A DNA stretch of 64,000 bases from Myxococcota bacterium. GTDB lineage: Bacteria; Myxococcota_A; UBA9160; UBA6930. The notes under the pieces were generated by a model. That model saw nothing but the letters and a program-made list of their open reading frames with translations. It did no database searches and was not told the DNA's origin. Location: positions 3,840,001-3,904,000 of the forward strand of contig OZ245002.1 in assembly GCA_965223415.1 (NCBI GenBank), in the 5' to 3' direction. This document shows, in pieces, positions 1 through 9,295 of the stretch (within the stretch, counting starts at the first letter, position 1; each line of letters opens with the position of its first letter). A program made the translations under genes and the position numbers.

Positions 1-147
1 TGCAACCGCTGCCCGTTCATGCGCCTGAACACCCTCGAGAAGCTCTACCTCTGCCTGCGCGACCTCGAGCCCGAGGTCACCGTCCCCGAGGACGTGCGCG
101 TCCGCGCCCTGGCGCCGATCGAGCGCATGCTGGAGCTGTCGGCCTAG
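1..147 (+). CDS. nadA: Quinolinate synthase A, C-terminal end (partial at window edge)
   Basis: Frame 1 reads [48 protein letters not shown], the typical NadA C-terminus (CxxCPxMxxNTL). Confidence 0.88.
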   Translation, partial: CNRCPFMRLNTLEKLYLCLRDLEPEVTVPEDVRVRALAPIERMLELSA

Positions 148-163
148 CTTCGGCCGTCGTTCC

Positions 164-682
164 CGGGGCCTCTCGTGCGCGACACCGGGGCGAGGCCGGG
201 GCCGGCATTGCCTCTCTCCGCTCCTTCTTCGAGGCAACGCGTGGCACCTGCCCTCCGGGCAGGGACCGGGTGCTCCGAGGTCCATCGCAGCTCCGGGCCC
301 TCGCGGCGTTGAGCCCGCCGGGCACCAGGGCACCGGGGCTCGCTCGACGTCGCTGCGCACCGGCAACGCCACCCCCGGCCTCAGGACCTCGGTGGTTCGC
401 TAGGGCCCTCGGCTCCAGGGAGCCAGCCTCTTGAGCGACGCGCCGTGGTCGACGAGGCGTGTGTCAGGCCGGGGGGCGGGTGTCGATCGGAGCGGAGCCC
501 ACCCGCCCCGAACCCCGTCGTCCCTCGATGCGACAACGCCGAGTGGCCCGGAGCTGCGATCGACCCGGTGCCCCCGGTCTCTGACTCGAGGGCCTGCGCC
601 GCGCGTTGCCGAAGCGCTGGCGGAGTCGGAGAGCGACACCCGGCGCCCGGCCCCGCCCCGGTGTCGCGCACGAGAGGCCCCG
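164..682. repeat. 519-bp non-coding element bounded by 37-bp terminal inverted repeats (MITE-like or structured RNA)
   Basis: 164-200 and 646-682 are reverse complements with one mismatch (29-bp perfect core cggggcctctcgtgcgcgacaccggggcg); lies between convergent genes; no credible ORF inside. Confidence 0.7.
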
Positions 683-697
683 CAAGAGACGTCCCGA

Positions 698-922
698 TCA
701 CGACTCGTAGAGCTTGACGACCTCGACGCTGCCCTTGGGCGCGGCCTCGATGCAGAGATCGCAGAGCACGCACTCGTCCAGGTTCTCCTCGACGATCCGG
801 AGGCTCCCGTCGTCGTTCTGGGCGAAGATGTCGACGGCGCACACCTCGACGAGCTTCTTGGCCGTCTCGGCGTCCTTCGCGGCTTCGTCGGCGACCTTGA
901 CGTCGATGAAGAGTCCGGGCAT
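698..922 (-). CDS. Small 4Fe-4S ferredoxin
   Basis: 74 aa with VEVCAVDIF and ECVLCDLCIEAAP (CxxCxxC plus a distal Cys); start overlaps the stop of the upstream ligase subunit. Confidence 0.85.
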   Translation of the reverse strand: MPGLFIDVKVADEAAKDAETAKKLVEVCAVDIFAQNDDGSLRIVEENLDECVLCDLCIEAAPKGSVEVVKLYES

Positions 923-1830
923 CAGCTGGCTCCCATGCGCTTGCGCAGGAGATCCGGGATCTCCTCGATGCGCTCTGCCACCGAGATGCCGGCGGCTTCC
1001 ATGCGCTCGATCTTCTCGGCCGTGGTGTCTTCCTTGCCCTCGACGATGGTTCCGGCGTGGCCGAAGCGCATGCCCTTCATCTCGTCCATGAAGCGGCCGG
1101 CCATGAAGGCGACGATCGGGAGGCGCGAGTCGTTCTGCTTGACCCACTCGGCGAGCTCGGCCTCCATGCGGCCGCCGGGCTCTGAGTAGATGGCGATGGC
1201 CTCCGTCTCCGGATCCGCCTCGAAGTAGGCCATCAGCTCGGCGTAGGTGGTGCCGACGATCGCGTCGCCGCCGATCGAGACGCAGGTGCTCTGGCCGAGG
1301 CCGGCGGCGGTCAGCGTCGAGGCGATCTCGGTGGTCATTCCGCCCGAGCGCGACATCACGCCGATCGGTCCCTTCCTGTAGGCCTGCTTGGTGTTGGCGG
1401 CGGGGCCGCCGACGCCGCCCATCTTGGCCTCGTCCGGCGAGATGATGCCCAGGCAGTTCGGTCCGATGATGCGCGCGCCGCGCAGGTTCGCGAGCTCGAC
1501 CATCTGCGCCACCTGGCGGCGTGGGATGTTCTCGGTCACCACCACGATCAGCTGGATGCCGTTCTCGATGGCCTCGAACACGGCGTCCCGGGTGAAACGC
1601 GGCGGTACGGAGACGATCGAGCCGCCCGGGGGGCCACCCTGGGCGTCGCAGATCTCCTTCACGCAGTTGTAGACGGGCACGCCGTAGACGTCGCGCCCGG
1701 CGCGTCCGGGCGTCACCCCGCCGACGATCTTCGCGCCGTAAGCCAGGTTCTCGCGGGTCAGGTTCACGGCCTCGCGGCCGGTGATGCCCTGGATGATGAA
1801 GGTCGTGTCCCTGGAGATGAAGATCGACAT
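922..1830 (-). CDS. ADP-forming acyl-CoA ligase small/alpha subunit (SucD / citryl-CoA synthetase-like)
   Basis: IIQGITGRE, VGGVTPG, IIGPNCLGII, SRSGGMT, VSIGGD and the phospho-His motif FGHAG. Confidence 0.88.
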   Translation of the reverse strand: MSIFISRDTTFIIQGITGREAVNLTRENLAYGAKIVGGVTPGRAGRDVYGVPVYNCVKEICDAQGGPPGGSIVSVPPRFTRDAVFEAIENGIQLIVVVTENIPRRQVAQMVELANLRGARIIGPNCLGIISPDEAKMGGVGGPAANTKQAYRKGPIGVMSRSGGMTTEIASTLTAAGLGQSTCVSIGGDAIVGTTYAELMAYFEADPETEAIAIYSEPGGRMEAELAEWVKQNDSRLPIVAFMAGRFMDEMKGMRFGHAGTIVEGKEDTTAEKIERMEAAGISVAERIEEIPDLLRKRMGAS

Positions 1831-1838
1831 CGGGCCCT

Positions 1839-3035
1839 CTACAGCTTCGCCACGGCGCGGCCCGCCGCTTCGTACATGGAGACGGAGCGGTCGCAGTACT
1901 CGACCCCGTACTTCTCGAGGATCTTGAAGCCCTCCTCCTCCCACGCTCCCGGAATGCGGAAGATCGAGATCACCTCCGCCGGGTCCTTGCCGCTCTCGAG
2001 GCAGCCCTTGATCACGCCCCGGGCCACGATGTCGACGCGGGTGTTGGAGACGACGTTCATCATCACCGCGATCTTCTCGACGCCGGGCTTGCCCAGGATC
2101 AGCTTGGTCAGGTTGCACGCCTTGCCGACGCTCGGGTTGCCACCGATCTCGCAGTAGTTGGCGGGCTTGCCCCCGTGCTTGCGCACCGCGTCGAAGAGGG
2201 TGAGGGAGCCGCCGCCGGCGCCAATGATGAGGCCCAGGTTGCCGTCGAACTCCACCACGTTTCCAGCCACGCCGCGGTGGTCCACCGCGTTGAGCCGTGC
2301 GCCCTCCAGCTCGAAGGGGGTGGGCGGCCGGGCCTGGCGGGTCTCGTCCTCGCCGATGCCGAGCTCCTCGAGCAGCGCCTGGTGGTCGCCCCGCGCCTCG
2401 GCCTCCATGTCCACGTGGCCGTCGAGGACGATGAACGAGCCGTTCTCGAGCTTCGCCAGCGGGTTGATCTCGGCCAGGGTGAGGTCGTACTCGAGGAACA
2501 GCTGGATCAGCTTGTAGACGATCGGCACCAGCCGGTTGAGATCGCTCCCCGAGACGCCCACCGCCGAGATCGCCTCCTTGGCGATGCGCTCGGACAGCGG
2601 GAGGATCGTCGAGAAGTGGGTGCGGGAGAGGTGCTCCGGATGGGTCTCCGCCACCTCTTCGATGTCGATGCCGCCCATGTCGCTGAAGAGCAGCACGGGC
2701 AGCTTGCGGCGGCCGTCCCAGGTGACCGACACGAAGTACTCGTGGGCGACCGGGCTCTTGGCTTCGACCAGCACCGAGCGCGCGGTCTCGCCGTTCACCA
2801 CGATCGGCAGCACGTGCTCGTACTTCGCGGCCGCCTCCTCCGGCGTGTCGGCGAACTGGACGGCACCCGCCTTCATGCGCCCGCCCGAGAGCACCTGGCT
2901 CTTGACCACGACCGGGCCCGCGATCGCCTCGGCGGCGGCGCGGGCCTCGTCGGGGGAGCCGACCACGCGGCCTTCGCCGAGGGGCATGCCGTGGCGGCGG
3001 AAGAGCGCCTTGGACTCGTACTCGTAGAAGCGCAT
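1839..3035 (-). CDS. ADP-forming acyl-CoA ligase large/beta subunit, ATP-grasp (SucC / citryl-CoA synthetase-like)
   Basis: MRFYEYESK, VVKSQVLSGGRMKAG, GGIDIEEV, LAEINPL; C-terminal GAGGGSL and ANYCEIGGNPS. Confidence 0.88.
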   Translation of the reverse strand: MRFYEYESKALFRRHGMPLGEGRVVGSPDEARAAAEAIAGPVVVKSQVLSGGRMKAGAVQFADTPEEAAAKYEHVLPIVVNGETARSVLVEAKSPVAHEYFVSVTWDGRRKLPVLLFSDMGGIDIEEVAETHPEHLSRTHFSTILPLSERIAKEAISAVGVSGSDLNRLVPIVYKLIQLFLEYDLTLAEINPLAKLENGSFIVLDGHVDMEAEARGDHQALLEELGIGEDETRQARPPTPFELEGARLNAVDHRGVAGNVVEFDGNLGLIIGAGGGSLTLFDAVRKHGGKPANYCEIGGNPSVGKACNLTKLILGKPGVEKIAVMMNVVSNTRVDIVARGVIKGCLESGKDPAEVISIFRIPGAWEEEGFKILEKYGVEYCDRSVSMYEAAGRAVAKL

Positions 3036-3174
3036 GCAGGTCTCCAGCCGCGAGGGCCCCGGGGGAACGGCGGGGCAGCGTACCACCGGGTCCCCGCCCT
3101 TCAAGGGCCCCCGGGCGGGCTCCCGAGCCGGTGTTAACCTCCCCCTCCTTCGCGAAACGAGGAGCCGAGCGCCG

Positions 3175-4341
3175 ATGCCGACCGTCCCCGCCTACTCGAT
3201 CACCACCGAGGCCATCGCCAAGGAGCAGGAGCGCGTCGGCTCCGATCCCTCCCAGTTCGACGTCTCCAACGTCCTGCAGCTCGATGAGCTCGAGCTCTCG
3301 CCCGTCGGGCCGAACGACGTGCGGATGAAGGTCCTGGCGGTCTCGGCCGAGCACAACATCGACCACGCGACGACTGCCGACACGATCAACATCGCCGACG
3401 CCCGGGGCGGCAAGATCTACCCGGGCAACAGTGCTACGGGCGAGGTGCTCGAGGTCGGCGCCAACGTGACGAAGTTCGTCCCCGGCGACATCGTCATCAC
3501 CCACTGCAACGGAGGGGCGGACGAGTACGGCTTTCCCCTGCGGATCTATGGCTACGACGCCGAGGACTCGATCGGCTGGTACGCCAAGGAGGCGGTGGTC
3601 ACCGACTGGCAGCTGATCAAGGCGCCGCTCGACTGCGGGCTCAACCTGTGGGAGATCGCCGCGCTGCCCCTGCGCGCGCCCACCGCCTACCACCTGTGGC
3701 GCCGCGCGATCGGCATCTACCGGGTGAAGGTCCCCTACGAGCGGCGCGCCCGGATCAACGTGCTGGGCTTCGGCGGCGGCGTCTCCGAGCTCTTCCTGAT
3801 GCTCGCCAAGGCCGAGGGCCACAACGCCTTCTTCTGCTCCGGAAGCCCCGAGCGCCGCGCCGCCCTCGAGAAGCTGGGCATCGTGGGCATCGACCAGAAG
3901 GCCTTCAACCGCTTCGCCAGCCGCGACGACGTGCGCGCCTTCACCAAGGAGTGCCGCCGGCTCACCGACGGCGAGCTGATGCACGCGGTTTGCGACATGC
4001 TGCGGGGCCCGGTCTTCGCCGCCGGCCTCGCGTGCACGGCGCGGCAAGCCGTGAACGTCAGCGCCGGATGGCAGCTCTCCCAGCAGGTCGAGTACAACTC
4101 GACGCTGATGTCGGTGAAGCAGGTGACCATCGACCACACCCACTACGAGACGCCCGAGGGCTGCGAGGCGGCGACCGAGCTCTACGGCAGCGTCTTCAAG
4201 CCGACCCTCCACGACGAGATCTACCGCTGGGACGACCTCCCGCGGGCCCACCAGGAGATGCACCTCAACACCCAGACGGGCATCCCGATCGTCCGCATCG
4301 CCGACGACATGCCGGAGGCGGTGAAGGGCCTCGTTCCCTGA
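3175..4341 (+). CDS. MDR-family reductase resembling crotonyl-CoA carboxylase/reductase (divergent)
   Basis: GEVLEVGANVTKFVPGDIVITHC, RIYGYD, QLIKAP, TAYHLW, THY and KPTL...RAHQEMHLN line up by eye with Ccr motifs. Confidence 0.7.
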   Translation: MPTVPAYSITTEAIAKEQERVGSDPSQFDVSNVLQLDELELSPVGPNDVRMKVLAVSAEHNIDHATTADTINIADARGGKIYPGNSATGEVLEVGANVTKFVPGDIVITHCNGGADEYGFPLRIYGYDAEDSIGWYAKEAVVTDWQLIKAPLDCGLNLWEIAALPLRAPTAYHLWRRAIGIYRVKVPYERRARINVLGFGGGVSELFLMLAKAEGHNAFFCSGSPERRAALEKLGIVGIDQKAFNRFASRDDVRAFTKECRRLTDGELMHAVCDMLRGPVFAAGLACTARQAVNVSAGWQLSQQVEYNSTLMSVKQVTIDHTHYETPEGCEAATELYGSVFKPTLHDEIYRWDDLPRAHQEMHLNTQTGIPIVRIADDMPEAVKGLVP

Positions 4342-5222
4342 GCCGATGGATCGCCTTCGCGGTCCTCGTGCTGCTGGTGCCGCTGCTCTACCGCATCGGG
4401 CGGTACGCGCCGCTGTTCGAGGAGCGCGCGGCGCTCGCGATCGATCGGAGCGCGGAGGGCCGCTCCCGCCAGGCTGCGGCGCCCCGGCGCGTGCTGCTCG
4501 TCTCGATCGACGGGCTGGGCCCGAGCCTGCTGGCGGAGGTGCCCACCCCCTTTCTCGATCGCCTCGCAGCCGATGGCCTGCAGGCGGAGGCAGTGACCAC
4601 CGTAGTGCCACCGGTCACCCTCACCTCCCACGCGAGCATGCTCTCCGGCCTCCCGCCGGAGGAGCACGGCGTCTTCTTCAACCGGGTCGAGCCCTGGCGC
4701 GAGCTGCGTTTCGCCACGATCTACACCGATTGCGCCCGGGCCCGCCTGCGCTGCGGCCTCTTCGCCGGCAAGCGCAAGTTCGTCCACTTCGCCGAGCACG
4801 AGCCCGGCGTCGAGCGCTACCAGTACGGCGCCAACGCCGCCGAGGTGCTGTGCCACGCCCTCCGCTACGCGCACCAGCGCGATCCGGACTTCCTGTTCGT
4901 GCACCTCGCGGAGGTGGATCTTACAGGTCACACCGAGGGCTGGGGAAGCGGCCTTCAGGCGCGGGCGCTGCAGGAAATCGATACCCGGCTCGCCGCCTTC
5001 GTCGCGGTCCTGGCGGAGCTCCCGCGGCCCCTCGTCGTGTTGGTCACCAGCGAACACGGCGGCAGTGGGACGAGCCATCACGAGGATACGCCCGCGAACC
5101 GCGAGATCCCCTGGATCCTGTGGGGCGATGGCGTCACCACCGACATCTCGCCGGCTGCCAGCACGCTCGACACCTACACGGCACTTCAGGGATTTCTGCT
5201 GCGATCGGCTCCTGGCAGCTGA
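4338..5222 (+). CDS. Alkaline phosphatase superfamily / nucleotide pyrophosphatase-phosphodiesterase (start uncertain)
   Basis: N-terminal TM segment; LLVSIDGL, PPVTLTSHASMLSG, VHLAEVDLTGH, VTSEHGG. Confidence 0.8.
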   Translation: MSRWIAFAVLVLLVPLLYRIGRYAPLFEERAALAIDRSAEGRSRQAAAPRRVLLVSIDGLGPSLLAEVPTPFLDRLAADGLQAEAVTTVVPPVTLTSHASMLSGLPPEEHGVFFNRVEPWRELRFATIYTDCARARLRCGLFAGKRKFVHFAEHEPGVERYQYGANAAEVLCHALRYAHQRDPDFLFVHLAEVDLTGHTEGWGSGLQARALQEIDTRLAAFVAVLAELPRPLVVLVTSEHGGSGTSHHEDTPANREIPWILWGDGVTTDISPAASTLDTYTALQGFLLRSAPGS

Positions 5223-5223
5223 C

Positions 5224-6285
5224 TCAACGCGGCGCCACCTCCGTAAAGACGGCCAGCTGCAGCACGTATTCGCCGATGTGCAGGCGGCCGTCGTCGCCGA
5301 TGCCGCCCAGGGCCTTCTTGGCGTTCTGGCGCTCGTACTCGGAGCGCCCGATCGCATTGACGTTGTTGAAGACGTCGAGGGCGGCGGTCACGAGGCGCAG
5401 GTCGTCGCGGCCCGGGATCTCCTGCACGGCCTTCGTTGTGAGGGTGGCGGAGAGGAACTCCGGCGGCACCGGCGCAGCGGTGGTGGCGTGTTCCTCTTCC
5501 CGGACCTGCTCGGTCAGGTACACCGGCGCGATGTGCCGGGCCACGTCGAGACCGAGCAGCGCCGCGCACTGGAACTGGGCCGCGTAGTTGTAGACGCCGT
5601 AGAGCAGGGTCAGGAGCCCCCAGACGATGTAGCTCGAATCCCGGGTGTAGTGGGTCTTGGCCAGGTTCCCGAGCCCGCGGGTGATCCAGAAGATCTCGTC
5701 GGGGCGGAGCACCGAGATGCGCCCGGTCGGGAGCACTTCCCCTTCGCGGAAGTCCTCGGCGACCAGGGCGCCGGGCGTTCGCTTCACCCGGGCGCCGGCC
5801 GGCGGCAGCGCCGCGGCCGCCCCGTCGAAGGCCACCTCGATCTTCTCCCGGTCGTCGAGCGGCGTGCCGTCGTCCGGGAAGGCGTAGCTCCGGCGGCCGT
5901 TCACGATGCACTCGCGGGTCCAGGTGAGGGTGTCGCCGATGGTGCTGCGCACCTGGCAGACGCCAGTGGTGGCGCCATGCTCGCGGAACTTGCGGCCGAG
6001 GACCCGGGTCTCGGCCTCGACGTCGAGGGAGGTCGGCGCCTTGCGGAACAGCACGTTCTTGGCGCCCAGGTTGGCGGGAGAGTTCTCCGACACCGCCGTC
6101 GTCTTGCAGAACGCCGCCAGCTTGAAATAGATGGGGTCGAGGGTGCCCTCGGGCCGCCAGAAGAGCCGCCCGAAGCGCGCCTCGAAAGCCTCGGGGGAGA
6201 CCTCGAGCCCGCGACCCACGGCGCCGCCCGGCACGTCCAGCCCCGGCTTCAGATCCTCGATGAAGAGCCCGGTTTCCTCGGCCAC
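5224..6285 (-). CDS. MaoC-like double hot-dog protein, mesaconyl-CoA hydratase-like
   Basis: 353 aa with two FxEDL/EDF..G starts (GLFIEDLKPG, AEDFREGE) and an ANLG motif, as in Mch-type hydratases. Confidence 0.5.
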   Translation of the reverse strand: MAEETGLFIEDLKPGLDVPGGAVGRGLEVSPEAFEARFGRLFWRPEGTLDPIYFKLAAFCKTTAVSENSPANLGAKNVLFRKAPTSLDVEAETRVLGRKFREHGATTGVCQVRSTIGDTLTWTRECIVNGRRSYAFPDDGTPLDDREKIEVAFDGAAAALPPAGARVKRTPGALVAEDFREGEVLPTGRISVLRPDEIFWITRGLGNLAKTHYTRDSSYIVWGLLTLLYGVYNYAAQFQCAALLGLDVARHIAPVYLTEQVREEEHATTAAPVPPEFLSATLTTKAVQEIPGRDDLRLVTAALDVFNNVNAIGRSEYERQNAKKALGGIGDDGRLHIGEYVLQLAVFTEVAPR

Positions 6286-6467
6286 TGCCGCTCCTCCAGG
6301 AAAGGGGCGGATCCTACTCGTGCCCCCCCGCGGGCGCCACGAGGTCGGCCGGTGACGGACTCCGGGAAGCGTGCTGAGAGCCGGCCGGTGACGGGTCCCC
6401 GGAGGTCATCTATGCTGCCGCCCCGCCCGCGACGGGCCCCTCTCCCCAACCCCTCCCGGAGCCTCCC

Positions 6468-7604
6468 GTGATCGTCGCCGTACCCAAGGACCGTCCCGAG
6501 GAGCGTCGTGTCGCCCTCACGCCGGACGGCGCCAAGACCCTCGCTCGCCAGGAGATCGAGGTGCGCGTGCAGAGCGGCGCCGGAAGCGAGGCGGGCTTCT
6601 CCGACGCCCAGTACGAGAAGGCCGGCGCCAAGGTCGCCGGCGATGCCGTGGCCCTGTTCGGCGAGGCGGACGTGGTGCTGCGGGTGAACGCGCCCACCGG
6701 CGAGGAGCGCAGCCGGCTGCGGAGCGGCAGCGTCTGGATCTCCCTCCTGCGCCCCCTGGACGAGCCCGGGGAGGTGAAGGCCCTGGCGGAGACCGGCGTG
6801 ACGGCCTTCTCCCTCGAGATGGTGCCGCGCATCACCCGCGCCCAGTCGATGGACGTGCTCAGCTCCCAGGCCACCGTCGCCGGATACCGCGCCGTGCTGC
6901 TCGCCGCCGAGCGCCTGCCCAAGATGTTCCCGATGCTGGTGACCGCCGCGGGCACGAGCTCGCCGGCCCGGGTGTTCGTGATCGGCGCCGGCGTGGCCGG
7001 CCTGCAGGCGATCGCCACCGCCAAGCGCCTCGGCGCCGTGGTGGAGGCCTACGACACCCGCGCCGCCGCCGCCGAGCAGGTGGAGAGCGTCGGCGCCAAG
7101 TTCGTCGTGCTCGATCTCGACGCCGGCGATGCCGAGGATGCCGGCGGCTACGCCCGCGAGCAGACCGAGGAGTTCTACGCCGCCCAGCGCAAGCTGATGG
7201 CGGAGAAGGCGGCGGCCAGCGACATCGTGATCACCACCGCCCTCGTGCCCGGTCGTCCGGCGCCGCAGCTCCTCGACGAGGGTGGCGTGGCCGGCATGGC
7301 CGCCGGCTCCGTCATCGTGGATCTGGCCGCGCCGAACGGCGGCAACTGCGCGGGAACCCGTGCCGGTGAAGACGTCGTCGTGGGCGGCGTGCACGTGCTC
7401 GGTCCCCTGAACCTGGCCGGCGAGCTGCCCTTCGACGCGAGCCAGATGTTCAGCAAGAACATCGTGACCTTCCTCCAGAACCTGATCGGTGAGGAGGGGG
7501 CGCTCGCGATCGACCCGGAGGACGAGATCGTGGCGGGCTCCCTCGTCGCGAAGGACGGCGCCGTCGTACACCCGGTCGTACTCGACAAGCTTGGAGGAAG
7601 CTGA
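6468..7604 (+). CDS. pntA: NAD(P) transhydrogenase alpha subunit, part 1
   Basis: ERRVALTP, PRITRAQSMDVLSSQ, IGAGVAGLQAI, ITTALVPG, IVDLAAPNGGNC. Confidence 0.95.
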   Translation: MIVAVPKDRPEERRVALTPDGAKTLARQEIEVRVQSGAGSEAGFSDAQYEKAGAKVAGDAVALFGEADVVLRVNAPTGEERSRLRSGSVWISLLRPLDEPGEVKALAETGVTAFSLEMVPRITRAQSMDVLSSQATVAGYRAVLLAAERLPKMFPMLVTAAGTSSPARVFVIGAGVAGLQAIATAKRLGAVVEAYDTRAAAAEQVESVGAKFVVLDLDAGDAEDAGGYAREQTEEFYAAQRKLMAEKAAASDIVITTALVPGRPAPQLLDEGGVAGMAAGSVIVDLAAPNGGNCAGTRAGEDVVVGGVHVLGPLNLAGELPFDASQMFSKNIVTFLQNLIGEEGALAIDPEDEIVAGSLVAKDGAVVHPVVLDKLGGS

Positions 7605-7907
7605 ATGCTCTCCGATCCGGCCGTCGCCCTCACGGTGCTGGTCCTGTCCCTGTTCGTCGGCATCGAGGTCATCTCGAAGGTGCCGCCGCTGCTCCACACG
7701 CCCCTCATGTCCGGCTCGAATGCGATCTCCGGCATCACCATCGTGGGCGCGCTCATCGCGGTGACCTCCGACAACCCGGTCGTCTCGACCTGGTTCGGCT
7801 TCGCCGCGGTGGTGTTCGCCACGATCAACGTGGTGGGGGGCTTCCTGGTGACGAACCGCATGCTCGCCATGTTCAAGCCCAAGCAGATCGAAGGCGGAGA
7901 CAAGTGA
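7605..7907 (+). CDS. pntA: NAD(P) transhydrogenase alpha subunit, part 2
   Basis: KVPPLLHTPLMSGSNAISG, INVVGGFLVTNRMLAMF. Confidence 0.95.
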   Translation: MLSDPAVALTVLVLSLFVGIEVISKVPPLLHTPLMSGSNAISGITIVGALIAVTSDNPVVSTWFGFAAVVFATINVVGGFLVTNRMLAMFKPKQIEGGDK

Positions 7908-9292
7908 GCGTCACCGCCCTGCAGATCGCCTACCTGGCGGCGGCGGTCCTGTTCATCGTCGGCCTGAAGATGCTCTCGTCGGCGAAGACCGCCGCCCGGG
8001 GCAACGCCATCGCCGCGTTCGGCATGGGCGTGGCCATCGTCACCACCCTCGTCGGCCAGGGCGTCCTGGGCTGGGAGTTCATCGTCGGCGGCGTCCTGCT
8101 CGGCTCGGTGATCGGCGCCTTCGCCGCCCTGCGCGTGCAGATGACCGCCATGCCGGAGATGGTGGCGCTCCTGAACGGCTCCGGCGGCGCCGCCTCGGCC
8201 CTGGTCGCCGGCGCCGAGCTGCTCTCCTACGCGAACCGCAGCCAGGTGCCGGACGGTGTCGTGTCCACCGCGATCGTGCTCTCCACCCTGATCGGTGCCG
8301 TCACGGTGACCGGCAGCGTGATCGCCTTCCTGAAGCTGGCCGAGAAGATGCCGGGCCAGCCCATCACCTATCCCGGCCAGCAGTTCGTGAACGCGATCAT
8401 CGGCCTCGGGGTGGTGGCCCTGTGCGTGATGGTGGCGACGAGCCCCCTCGAGCTCGGCCCGTACTGGATCCTGGCCGGCGTGGCGCTGGTGCTCGGCATC
8501 CTGCTCGTCATCCCGATCGGCGGCGCCGACATGCCCGTCGTCATCTCGCTCTTGAACTCCTATTCGGGGCTTGCGGCCTGCGCCACGGGCTTCGTGCTGA
8601 ACAACTCGGGGCTGGTGATCAGCGGCTCCCTGGTGGGCGCGTCGGGCCTGATCCTCACCAAGATCATGTGCGACGCCATGAACCGGTCCCTCGCCAACGT
8701 GCTCTTCGGCGCCTTCGGCGCGGCGCCGGAAGGCGGTGCCGCGGCCGCGGGCGAGCAGGGCACGGTGAAGGGCTACACGGCGGACGACGCCGCGGTGATC
8801 TTCAGCAACGCCCGCTCCTGCATCGTCGTCCCCGGCTACGGCATGGCGGTGGCCCAGGCCCAGCATGCGGTGCGCGAGCTGGCGGATCTCCTCGAGGAGA
8901 AGGGCATCGAGTGCCGCTTCGCGATCCATCCGGTCGCGGGCCGCATGCCCGGGCACATGAACGTGCTGCTGGCCGAGGCGGACGTCAGCTACGAAAAGCT
9001 GATCGAGATGGACGAGATCAATCCGGAGTTCCCCCAGACCGACGTGGCCCTGGTGCTCGGCGCCAACGACGTCGTGAACCCGTCGGCCCGGGCCGACACC
9101 GGGAGCCCGATCTACGGCATGCCGATCCTGGACGTGGATCGCGCCCAGCACGTGTTCGTCATCAAGCGTTCCATGAACCCGGGCTTCGCCGGCGTCCAGA
9201 ACCCGCTCTTCTTCAACGAGAACACGATGATGATCTTCGGCGACGCCAAGGGCACCGTGCTCGCCCTGGTCGACGCCGTCCGCGAGTACTGA
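7904..9292 (+). CDS. pntB: NAD(P) transhydrogenase beta subunit
   Basis: MPEMVALLN, GGADMPVVISLLNSYSG, HPVAGRMPGHMNVLLAEA, GANDVVNP. Confidence 0.96.
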   Translation: MSVTALQIAYLAAAVLFIVGLKMLSSAKTAARGNAIAAFGMGVAIVTTLVGQGVLGWEFIVGGVLLGSVIGAFAALRVQMTAMPEMVALLNGSGGAASALVAGAELLSYANRSQVPDGVVSTAIVLSTLIGAVTVTGSVIAFLKLAEKMPGQPITYPGQQFVNAIIGLGVVALCVMVATSPLELGPYWILAGVALVLGILLVIPIGGADMPVVISLLNSYSGLAACATGFVLNNSGLVISGSLVGASGLILTKIMCDAMNRSLANVLFGAFGAAPEGGAAAAGEQGTVKGYTADDAAVIFSNARSCIVVPGYGMAVAQAQHAVRELADLLEEKGIECRFAIHPVAGRMPGHMNVLLAEADVSYEKLIEMDEINPEFPQTDVALVLGANDVVNPSARADTGSPIYGMPILDVDRAQHVFVIKRSMNPGFAGVQNPLFFNENTMMIFGDAKGTVLALVDAVREY

Positions 9293-9295
9293 GCG

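Noticed and set aside
922..4611. 1229-aa minus-strand ORF
   Set aside because: Only the last 302 aa are the real SucD-like gene; the rest is an antisense or off-frame shadow typical of high-GC DNA
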